This document shows, in pieces, positions 1 through 7,221 of a stretch of DNA of 32,000 nucleotides. Below the pieces are notes generated by a model. It made no database searches and had not been told where the DNA came from. It saw only the letters and a program-made list of their open reading frames with translations. The translations under genes were made by a program, and so were the position numbers. Source of the DNA: an uncultured Candidatus Saccharibacteria bacterium (lineage in GTDB: Bacteria; Patescibacteriota; UBA1384; JAMDBS01; CAZXAY01); the NCBI GenBank assembly GCA_964638435.1, contig CAZXAY010000003.1, forward strand, positions 8,431-40,430, in the 5' to 3' direction. Within the stretch, counting starts at the first letter, position 1; the number at the start of each line of letters is the position of its first letter.

Positions 1-438
1 ATCAAATTTATTAATTAATAAATATTTTTCATCACTAAATGTCGGCTCCATAGCATCTCCAGATACAATAAAAGGTTGAAAAAAAGTATTATGAATAGTA
101 GATGTAAATGTTAACGCTAGTAAAATGTTGAATATCCCAAAAACGATGTAAATTAATATAATTTTTGATACATTTATTTGAAAATATTTCTTTAACAATA
201 AATAGAAAGCAAATAATATAATTGCTATATTAAATATTGATATGGATAATAAGTCGAATTTAGACTGTAAATACGCTAGCGGAATCGCTATGATATTTAA
301 AATAGCAATTATTTTTAATGATGAGATAAAATTTGCTCTGTCAACCTTTAGCATCTTAAGAACTAACAATAAAATTAATGAATCAATGACTATTAGTAGC
401 ACACAAATTAATAACATCGCTAAAATTAAATTTAACAT
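1..438 (-). CDS. Signal-peptidase-I-like (S26/S24 box) membrane protein, N-terminal 146 codons only; CDS runs off the window start
   Basis: Absent from the ORF track because it is open-ended. My translation from ATG at 438 (AGGAGG at 443-448) gives MLNLILAMLLICVLLIVIDS...TFFQPFIVSGDAMEPTFSDEKYLLINKFD. The SGDxMxPT...LLxNK box is typical of signal peptidase I / LexA-like peptidases. It is preceded by several hydrophobic segments. Confidence 0.5.
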   Translation of the reverse strand, partial: MLNLILAMLLICVLLIVIDSLILLLVLKMLKVDRANFISSLKIIAILNIIAIPLAYLQSKFDLLSISIFNIAIILFAFYLLLKKYFQINVSKIILIYIVFGIFNILLALTFTSTIHNTFFQPFIVSGDAMEPTFSDEKYLLINKFD

Positions 439-456
439 TTTGCCTCCTGAAATAAT

Positions 457-639
457 TTACACAAATAACAACCAAATTCTCCAAATTGTTATAGCTACGA
501 TCAATATTGTTAAGACTATTTTCAATTTTGAATTCCATTGAGTGTAATTCCACATTAAATACAGTCCAGCTGGCCAAAAAAATATTAATAACAGTATCGT
601 AATTAAATCATATCTACCAGTTTGATTTTTGTTTTTCAT
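457..639 (-). CDS. Small hydrophobic membrane protein (60 aa)
   Basis: ORF with GGAGG 5 nt upstream of the ATG (cctcc at 645-649) and two predicted TM segments. No family recognised. Confidence 0.5.
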   Translation of the reverse strand: MKNKNQTGRYDLITILLLIFFWPAGLYLMWNYTQWNSKLKIVLTILIVAITIWRIWLLFV

Positions 640-680
640 TAATCCTCCGAATATTAGTTTCTTTGAATAAAAATTATTTA

Positions 681-959
681 TTAACTAAATGGGTAGTAAT
701 TTACATAAAGGTAGAATACCAACCCTAGTGTCCCTAATATACCCATAATAAGCCCAAAGATTGCGCGACCTTTCCCAAATTTTTCAGGATGTTTTTTGAG
801 ATCTTTTAATGCAATAATGCTCATAATAATTGCTAACGGTCCAAAAACTAGAATTAACGAAAATATTCCGGCATATCCTGCTGCAATTGCCCAACCAGAT
901 CTACCAACTGGTAACATCGCTCTAGCAATCGGATCCTTACTCAAATTTTTTTCCTCCAT
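681..959 (-). CDS. DUF4190-like small membrane protein
   Basis: 92 aa, GGAGG upstream. Gly/Ile/Leu-rich double TM pattern (AGYAGIFSLILVFGPLAIIMSIIAL...GRAIFGLIMGILGTLG) resembles DUF4190 proteins as I remember them. Confidence 0.5.
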   Translation of the reverse strand: MEEKNLSKDPIARAMLPVGRSGWAIAAGYAGIFSLILVFGPLAIIMSIIALKDLKKHPEKFGKGRAIFGLIMGILGTLGLVFYLYVNYYPFS

Positions 960-1011
960 TTTTACCTCCTTGTTAATTAGTGTTTATGAAAATAATTTTG
1001 CCATCTAAAAT

Positions 1012-1159
1012 ATGGATAACGGGGACGGTTCTCTTTTACTCTGGAGTTTTACAATTTTATTAATTACCAAATCCAAATTATTATTATGGATAACGGGGAC
1101 GGTTCTCTTTTACTCTGGAGTTTTACAATTTTATTAATTACCAAATCCAAATTATTATT
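1012..1159. repeat. Perfect 74-bp tandem duplication (2 copies: 1012-1085, 1086-1159)
   Basis: Both copies read atggataacggggacggttctcttttactctggagttttacaattttattaattaccaaatccaaattattatt with no mismatch. Copy 2 overlaps the stop codon of the 1155..1766 CDS. Confidence 0.95.
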
Positions 1160-1766
1160 CTTGCAGACTGAATTTGATTAATTCTTTTTCTATTGTTTTA
1201 TCGTCAACCCTAAATCCTTTTTTCCAGATAATTTCCTCAGATTTATCGATATCTTTAAAATAAGCTAGTTGAGTGCGAAAAATCTTTTCATTGAATTCAT
1301 TACCAAAAATTTCTTGAGCTCTTTTGATTATTTCCTTGATTGAATGATAATCTTTGATAATGAAGTATAAATCCACATAATCTTTCCACTTGGCGCGTTG
1401 TCCTAAAGCGTGTACTTTCATCACTGATAATGTTAGCAAATTCGGCAACTTTATTCCTTCAAAATTTTCTGAAAAATCAATTTTATAGGGGTAATGAAAA
1501 AAAGTAAATCTGACATTGTTGCCAATGAAGGTTAACTCATCTGATTCATTTACTAATATCTCATCAATTGTTATTTTTTTATTTATTTTATTTTTGATAG
1601 ATAAATTTCCAAATTTTTTTAAACTAAATAGATCAAAATCGATAGATTCTCTATGACCAATGTGTAGAGCAATAGCAGTTCCGCCCACTAAACCAAAATC
1701 TTTAGAAAAAGATTTAATAATTGGTAAATTTTTTATTTGATCTTGAGTTAATATTTCTTTATGCAT
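1155..1766 (-). CDS. AbiEii-like nucleotidyltransferase (putative TA toxin family)
   Basis: LVGGTAIALHIGHRESIDFDLF matches the GG..(x)n..D.D nucleotidyltransferase signature of the AbiEii/DUF1814-type family. Its start overlaps the stop of the upstream 94-aa gene by one nucleotide. Confidence 0.55.
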   Translation of the reverse strand: MHKEILTQDQIKNLPIIKSFSKDFGLVGGTAIALHIGHRESIDFDLFSLKKFGNLSIKNKINKKITIDEILVNESDELTFIGNNVRFTFFHYPYKIDFSENFEGIKLPNLLTLSVMKVHALGQRAKWKDYVDLYFIIKDYHSIKEIIKRAQEIFGNEFNEKIFRTQLAYFKDIDKSEEIIWKKGFRVDDKTIEKELIKFSLQE

Positions 1767-2050
1767 TAGACCTTCATTAATTTGTTCTTATGAGCAAAAT
1801 ATAATTTAAAATAATTGATTACTTCTGGCCGATAATTAATTCTTTGCCTATCTATTTGCTTATTAAAAATAGAAGTGGTCTTTTTAATTCCCAAAATAGA
1901 AAGAAGTTTTTGCACATCATCCCAGTCACCGTAATTTAAAGTATGCTCCACAATTGATTCGGCAGATAGTTTTTGATAATTTTTAACATACCATATTAAA
2001 TATGGCCGCGATTTGATAAAGTTGGTTAATTGACTTCTTGTATTTTGCAT
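1766..2050 (-). CDS. Hypothetical protein, probable partner of the downstream nucleotidyltransferase
   Basis: 94-aa ORF whose stop overlaps the start of the 1155..1766 gene by one nucleotide (position 1766). No motif recognised. Confidence 0.45.
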   Translation of the reverse strand: MQNTRSQLTNFIKSRPYLIWYVKNYQKLSAESIVEHTLNYGDWDDVQKLLSILGIKKTTSIFNKQIDRQRINYRPEVINYFKLYFAHKNKLMKV

Positions 2051-2176
2051 AATTTAGTAAATATTTTAGGTATTTTATAAGTTAATTATACCATATTTTT
2101 TGCTTAATTACCAACCAAAATTCTTAGATTTTCTCATTTGATTAAATTGTTAATCCATAATTTGTAATCAATAATC

Positions 2177-2242
2177 TTAATGATGTTGATGTTGGCAGGA
2201 TTTAATCATACCGAGTATTGTTTTTGCCTCACTTTCATCGAT
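2177..2242 (-). pseudogene. Ghost 3' end of a hypC-like gene (21 codons plus stop)
   Basis: Encodes IDESEAKTILGMIKSCQHQHH*, against IDESEAKTILGMIKSCQHQH* at the end of hypC (3359-3421). 45 nt are identical, followed by 6 differences that are all synonymous. A stop lies 8 codons upstream in that frame. Confidence 0.8.
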
Positions 2243-2243
2243 T

Positions 2244-2627
2244 CTATCTAATAAATTGATCTTTTCTTTTTAATAGATAAATCGTAAAAAATATCAAAAT
2301 AATAACTGAAATTATATCAATCCAATATGAACTTATAACACTAATACCAGCAAGTAATAGATAATAAACAATTGATCCCATTCCTACCATGGCAAAGATA
2401 ATGTATCCATATAAAGCCCATGTTTTACGTTTTAATAATCCAATACCAACTATTATTCCTATTGTACGTAAAATAATATTCAATAAATCAACAAATAACA
2501 AAGAACCCAAAAGCTGGAAAGATGCACCAATTATCAGTAACCAAGCAATAGTGTCGATCCCAAAAAAAGGTTTTTTTGTTGAACTGGGTTGGGTTTTTAA
2601 TTCTTGATTTTGAATTTGATTTTCCAT
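2244..2627 (-). CDS. Multi-pass membrane protein, unknown function
   Basis: 127-aa ORF with 3-4 hydrophobic helices and GGAGGG upstream of the start (ccctcc at 2631-2636). Confidence 0.55.
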   Translation of the reverse strand: MENQIQNQELKTQPSSTKKPFFGIDTIAWLLIIGASFQLLGSLLFVDLLNIILRTIGIIVGIGLLKRKTWALYGYIIFAMVGMGSIVYYLLLAGISVISSYWIDIISVIILIFFTIYLLKRKDQFIR

Positions 2628-2635
2628 TTTCCCTC

Positions 2636-3331
2636 CTAATTATTAATTTGTTGTTTATTAAAAAAATGCGCGAATAAGCTTGTAATACTATAAATTGAAA
2701 AAGTATAAATAATAAAAGTTTCTAAGGAATTAATATATCGAAAATTTATATAAGTTTGAAATGGAATCAATATCGTTACTATTATTATTTGAACTAATTT
2801 AGCATTGTTACCAGAATAATAAATCTTTTTTATTACATTCGCGTCTTCTACTGTATATATTATGATGGCATTAAGAATAGTTTTAGCAAAATTATAATAA
2901 ATCATAATGATTAACAAAATGTTTAAAATACTTTTGTTACCCAAAATTTTATCAAAATGTAAGTAAAAAAATGCAAAGAATGTAAGAATGGTTATTAAGA
3001 ATGCATTAATATTCGTAACACTCGTTTGTTTGTTATAAGGTATGGTTTCATTTATTTTGAAAGTATAATAAGTTCCTATTATTAAGTTATATAAAATAAT
3101 TAATAGAATTATTACTTTCCACAAATCTTTTGATATTATCTCTAGCAATATATTTCTTAACGATGGCAAAGATATTACTAAACAAAGAATTATTAATAAT
3201 AAAATATATGAATCTAATTCGTCATATTTGGGTAGATATTTGATAAAAAAATAATTAGCTTTATCTATAAAAGCATTAAACTTATTTATTTGTTTTTGGC
3301 TCTTTTTTTGATCGTATTTAAACATCATCAA
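2636..3331 (-). CDS. Multi-pass membrane protein, unknown function
   Basis: 231-aa ORF, strongly hydrophobic with Ile/Leu/Phe-rich helices. No motif recognised. Confidence 0.55.
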   Translation of the reverse strand: MMMFKYDQKKSQKQINKFNAFIDKANYFFIKYLPKYDELDSYILLLIILCLVISLPSLRNILLEIISKDLWKVIILLIILYNLIIGTYYTFKINETIPYNKQTSVTNINAFLITILTFFAFFYLHFDKILGNKSILNILLIIMIYYNFAKTILNAIIIYTVEDANVIKKIYYSGNNAKLVQIIIVTILIPFQTYINFRYINSLETFIIYTFSIYSITSLFAHFFNKQQINN

Positions 3332-3358
3332 TAATTCCTTACTATCCGTTTATTAATA

Positions 3359-3577
3359 TTAATGTTGATGTTGGCAGGATTTAATCATACCGAGTATTGT
3401 TTTTGCTTCTGACTCATCAATTTTATTAATCGCCAAATCTCCATGACAAAGTAGCCAGTCGCCCTTTTTGGCTTTTGGCACAAGAGAAATATCAACTTCC
3501 TTATCACCATCAACAATAACTTTTAGTTTTTCGTTTTTAGTTTTTAGTTTTATTTGTACTGGTGTTGCTAGACACAT
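3359..3577 (-). CDS. hypC: HypC/HybG/HupF-family hydrogenase maturation chaperone-like protein
   Basis: 72 aa. Starts MCLATP (the family begins MCL(A/G)IP with an essential Cys2). GDWLLCHGDLAI..IDE.EA matches the conserved GDxVLVHxGxAI..IDexeA region. Confidence 0.7.
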   Translation of the reverse strand: MCLATPVQIKLKTKNEKLKVIVDGDKEVDISLVPKAKKGDWLLCHGDLAINKIDESEAKTILGMIKSCQHQH

Positions 3578-3672
3578 ATTTACTCCAGTTAATATTGGTT
3601 AATATCTGTTAATAGAAGTTAATATTAGTTATATAACCGTTATTAACAATTTTTAACCATTGTTAACTATTA

Positions 3673-4632
3673 TTAACCTTTCTTCGAAAGGAGTTTACAC
3701 AAATCCACTAATCGATGAGAATAACCCATTTCATTATCGTACCATGCTGTAATGTGAACAAGGTTACTGTCAACAACTTCAGTTAACTCACTATCAACAA
3801 TTGATGAATATGCGCTACCTCTAAGGTCTGATGATACAAGCGGCTCATCACTTACTAATAATATCCCCTGCATCTTGCCGCTAGCATATTCGCGCAAGAT
3901 ATCATTAACTTCCTGTTTAGTTGTTTTATGCTTTACTAAACAAACTAATTCTACCACTGATACAGTTGGAGTTGGCACTCTAAGTGCAATACCATGCATC
4001 TTACCTGCGAGCTCAGGGATTACTTGTGATATAGCTTTAGCAGCCCCAGTAGACGTTGGTATGATGTTTTCTACAGCGCTACGACCACGACGAGGATCTT
4101 TTTTGTGTGGACCGTCTACAAGGTTTTGATCAGCAGTATACGAGTGTACCGTAGTCATCCAACCTTTTTCTATCACAAACTCTTTGTTAATAGCATAGGC
4201 AATTGGCGCAAGACAATTAGTAGTGCACGATCCCATCGAAATTACATTATGTAATTCAGGATCATATTTTTCTTCATTAACACCCATTACTAGAGTTATG
4301 TCTGCGTCTTCCGATGGAGCCGAAATAATTACCTTCTTAGCCCCAGCTTTAATGTGAGCACTGGCAGCTTCTCTTTTAGTAAAAAATCCTGTTGACTCAA
4401 TAACTAGCTCAACGCCCATTTTTTCCCATGGCAACCTAGCAGGATCTTTCTCAGCTAAAAATGCTAGGTTAATATCTTTATCATACTTACCATAAACAGT
4501 ATCATATTTTAATAAATATTTAAGTTGTTCTATCTCGCCTAAATCATTAGCAACCATAATTGGCAACTCACCATCATTTGCACGATAAAAAGTCCTACCT
4601 ATTCTACCAAATCCATTAATGGCTATGTTCAT
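3673..4632 (-). CDS. gap: Glyceraldehyde-3-phosphate dehydrogenase, type I
   Basis: INGFGRIGR NAD-binding motif, catalytic SCTTNCLAP box, WYDNEMGYS near the C-terminus, AGGAGG upstream. Confidence 0.95.
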   Translation of the reverse strand: MNIAINGFGRIGRTFYRANDGELPIMVANDLGEIEQLKYLLKYDTVYGKYDKDINLAFLAEKDPARLPWEKMGVELVIESTGFFTKREAASAHIKAGAKKVIISAPSEDADITLVMGVNEEKYDPELHNVISMGSCTTNCLAPIAYAINKEFVIEKGWMTTVHSYTADQNLVDGPHKKDPRRGRSAVENIIPTSTGAAKAISQVIPELAGKMHGIALRVPTPTVSVVELVCLVKHKTTKQEVNDILREYASGKMQGILLVSDEPLVSSDLRGSAYSSIVDSELTEVVDSNLVHITAWYDNEMGYSHRLVDLCKLLSKKG

Positions 4633-4650
4633 TATAAGCCTCCTGATAAA

Positions 4651-4740
4651 CCTACCAAATACGAAATTAACTAAATACTAAAGTAAATAAGAAAATTTTA
4701 GTACCATTTTTAGTATTTCGCTAAATTAGTATTTCGTAGG
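4651..4740. repeat. Long imperfect AT-rich hairpin ('cctacgaaatac/aatactaaa' word family) between tpiA and gap
   Basis: cctaccaaatacgaaattaactaaatactaaa pairs with tttagtatttcgctaaattagtatttcgtagg. A related hairpin lies at 12375-12448. Confidence 0.8.
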
Positions 4741-4744
4741 ATAA

Positions 4745-5512
4745 TTATTTACTAGCTGCTATATTACAAATCTTTATAAATTCCCTAGCTTTAAGTGACG
4801 AGGCACCAACTAATACCCCATTAATTTCTTTTTGATGTAAAAATTCTTGGGCATTTGATGCATTTACACTGCCACCATATAAAATTCTTGTGTGATGCGC
4901 TATTTCTGACCCATATTTTCTGGTAATTTTTTCTCTCATCTTCTCAACAACCATGTTAGCATATATACCAGATGCTGGCTCACCTCCAACATTTGTACTA
5001 ATTGCCCAAACTGGCTCATAAACTAAAATAATATTTTCCATCTCTTTTTTATTAATACTTCTTAAAATCTCATTCATCTGATCAAAAATTTGATCAAAAT
5101 TTGGTTTGGTTAAATTGGTTTTTTTATTTTCGCCAATGCAAAGTATAACTCTTAGATCATTTTTTACTGCAACTTTTACTTTTTTAGCAACTTCTAAAAA
5201 ACTTTCGTGAAGATATTTTTTCCTCTCACAGTGACCAACAATTACATAATTTGCCAGTGATTTAATCATAACTGGTGAAACTTCGCCAGTGTAAGCTCCT
5301 TTTTCTTCATAAAAAATATTCTGAGCCCCAAGATGGATATTTTTTGCCCTTTTTTCTAAAATCTCTTGCATTGGATAAAGCCAAACAAAAGGTGGACAAA
5401 GTACTACTTCTGACTGAGAATCTTCAAAATTATTCTTTAGATATTGTGTTAGTACTATAGCGTCAGATAAACTGGTATTCATTTTCCAATTAGCAACAAC
5501 TAGTGGTTTCAT
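4745..5512 (-). CDS. tpiA: Triosephosphate isomerase
   Basis: VVANWKMN, GHCERK (family GHSERR), YEPVWAIST (family YEPxWAIGTG), YGGSV. Confidence 0.92.
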   Translation of the reverse strand: MKPLVVANWKMNTSLSDAIVLTQYLKNNFEDSQSEVVLCPPFVWLYPMQEILEKRAKNIHLGAQNIFYEEKGAYTGEVSPVMIKSLANYVIVGHCERKKYLHESFLEVAKKVKVAVKNDLRVILCIGENKKTNLTKPNFDQIFDQMNEILRSINKKEMENIILVYEPVWAISTNVGGEPASGIYANMVVEKMREKITRKYGSEIAHHTRILYGGSVNASNAQEFLHQKEINGVLVGASSLKAREFIKICNIAASK

Positions 5513-5524
5513 AGAATCCTCTCT

Positions 5525-5776
5525 TTAAAATTCAAAATTCCCCCACTTCGCTCAATAGAGCTTCGAGGGACAAGCAATTTTTAATTTTTAATCAATGTTC
5601 AAAACTAAAATCTTAAATCTAAAAGTTAAAATTATAGTATTGAGTTTTTAAATTTAAGTTGTGGCTTTAAGTTTTTCGTTTTTACTTTTAAGTTAATAAC
5701 ATTTGAATTTGATCCGCCTAGGCATCGCTTATGGCGAGACTGGTTAAAAATTACAAATTAAAAATTTGAATTTAAA
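5525..5776. repeat. Composite of three hairpin modules filling the proS-tpiA spacer, two with GC-rich cores (5541-5575, 5714-5743)
   Basis: Module 1: aaaattcaaaattcc + ccccacttcgctcaatagagcttcgagggacaagc + aatttttaattttt. Module 2: aaaactaaaatcttaaatctaaaagtt ... aagtttttcgtttttacttttaagtt. Module 3: tttgaatttgat + ccgcctaggcatcgcttatggcgagactgg + ...aaatttgaattt. Confidence 0.75.
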
Positions 5777-7099
5777 TTACTTCATTAAGTAATTAATTAC
5801 ATCCTTTATCTCCACCAACTTCCCTTTTTCTTGATCACGTTTTTTAATTTCCACTGAATTCTCTTGTAATGTCCTCTCACTTATAATTATTCGCGTTGGG
5901 CAACCAATCAAATCAGCATCAGCGAACTTTTCCCCAGCACTAACTTCCCGATCATCATATAAAACTTCAACCCCAGCATCATATAGCTGATTATATAATT
6001 TCTCTACCTTAGTTTTTGGTTTTGAGTTTTGCTTGTCCCGCGAAGCTTTAGCGGAGTGGGAAGTTTTTAATTCTATCAGATGTACCTGATATGGTGCTAC
6101 CGATTCAGGCCAAACAATCCCTTTGTCATCATAATTACTCTCCACGATCGCACCCATATTTCTGCTAATACCAATCCCATAACAACCCATCAATACTGGC
6201 TGCCTTTGCCCTTTATCATCAATAAAATAATAATTAAATGATTTAGAAAATTTATCGTTGAGCTTAAATATGTTACCAACCTCAATGGTTCTATCAATTT
6301 TTCTGAGCTTTTTATTACCACACTGGGGACATACCCCCTTTTGTTTACCCTGACCTGCCCCGAGTATTCGCGAGGGGGCTGTGTCAAAGGGCTTCTCAGT
6401 AATCTCTTTATTAACTGCAATATTACATTTGTCACATACATGAATTTCATCTTCACCCGCCTCACATGGAACCTGAAATTCATGAGAATATTTACTAAAA
6501 GTTCCACCTGAGGCAAATGTTAAATAAACCTCTTTAAAACCTAACCTTTTAAAGATTTTAACGTAAGCTTTAGTCGCTTTTTCGTAATATTTATCAAGAT
6601 CTTCACTATCTTTATGAAATGAATATAAATCCTTCATCAAAAATTCTCTACCGCGGAGTAAACCTGATTTTGCCCTCACCTCATTACGAAATTTGTTTTG
6701 AATTTGATACACATAACGCGGTAAATCTTTGTAGGAACTAGCAAATTGTTGAACAAGTGGGGTTATAACCTCTTCATGGCTTTGATTTAGCACAAATTCA
6801 CTACCAGAATAAAGTTTTGTTTTAAAAAGTACATCAATATTCTCGCGACCAGTTGTCTTATATTTCTCAATTGATGTCAGAGTTGGCATTAATACCTCTA
6901 CACCACCAATATTATTAATTTCTTCCCGAACGATGTTCTCTATCTTTCTAAGAACCTTTAAACCTAATGGCAAAAAGGTATAAACTCCAGCCATTTCTTT
7001 ATCAATAAACCCACCTTTAATTAAAAGTTGGGCATTTAGTGATGTTTCCTCTTTTGGCACATTTTTTCGGGTTTTAGTAAAAAGCTGACTTAGTTTCAT
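5777..7099 (-). CDS. proS: Prolyl-tRNA synthetase (short form without large editing insertion)
   Basis: Class II motifs FRNEVRAKSGLLRGREFLMKDLYSFH and GCYGIGISR, CxxC...CxxC zinc ribbon, C-terminal anticodon-binding-like domain. Confidence 0.92.
   Translation of the reverse strand: MKLSQLFTKTRKNVPKEETSLNAQLLIKGGFIDKEMAGVYTFLPLGLKVLRKIENIVREEINNIGGVEVLMPTLTSIEKYKTTGRENIDVLFKTKLYSGSEFVLNQSHEEVITPLVQQFASSYKDLPRYVYQIQNKFRNEVRAKSGLLRGREFLMKDLYSFHKDSEDLDKYYEKATKAYVKIFKRLGFKEVYLTFASGGTFSKYSHEFQVPCEAGEDEIHVCDKCNIAVNKEITEKPFDTAPSRILGAGQGKQKGVCPQCGNKKLRKIDRTIEVGNIFKLNDKFSKSFNYYFIDDKGQRQPVLMGCYGIGISRNMGAIVESNYDDKGIVWPESVAPYQVHLIELKTSHSAKASRDKQNSKPKTKVEKLYNQLYDAGVEVLYDDREVSAGEKFADADLIGCPTRIIISERTLQENSVEIKKRDQEKGKLVEIKDVINYLMK
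6011..6068. repeat. In-frame repeat module inside proS (encodes KTSHSAKASRDKQNSKPKT)
   Basis: agtttttggttttgagttttgc + ttgtcccgcgaagctttagcggagtggg + aagttttt. The core is near-identical in pattern to intergenic cores at 5541-5575 (reverse orientation), 22623-22666 and 29970-30020. Confidence 0.75.
6325..6392. repeat. GC-rich in-frame module inside proS (encodes FDTAPSRILGAGQGKQKG)
   Basis: Contains acctgccccgagtattcgcgagggggct. It shares the ACCTGCC(C/T)CG word with gatA 28468-28479 and 28877-28887, and with the reverse complement of 19793-19804. Confidence 0.55.
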
Positions 7100-7103
7100 A
7101 ATT

Positions 7104-7189
7104 TTGTGTTAATCTCCACCAATCATATCTCACTAATTTCACTAACAATATTTTTAGTGAAATTCGTGTAAAAATATTAGTGGAGTTTA
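7104..7189. repeat. About 85-bp hairpin element (family ttgtgttaatctYcaccaatc ... atattagtggagttta), copy 1
   Basis: Ends match the copy at 11913-11993. Internal cactaat/attagtg and ttcactaa/ttagtgaa pairings. Lies between the rseP stop and the proS start. Confidence 0.8.
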
Positions 7190-7221
7190 AATCATTATCA
7201 TTCTATTCTGATTATATCAAA

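Noticed and set aside
242-577. Track ORFs 242..541 (+) and 383..577 (-)
   Set aside because: They overlap the better-supported minus-strand signal-peptidase-like CDS (1..438, with RBS and a family motif) and the 457..639 gene. Their composition looks like AT-rich noise.
1012-1159. Possible CRISPR array or small-protein gene in the 74-bp repeat
   Set aside because: There are only two directly abutting copies with no spacers, so it is not CRISPR. The 41-codon ORF that starts at atggataac changes frame between copies, because 74 is not divisible by 3.
6190-6516. 108-aa minus-strand ORF inside proS
   Set aside because: It is an alternative frame of proS. The proS frame carries the class II synthetase motifs and this frame has none.
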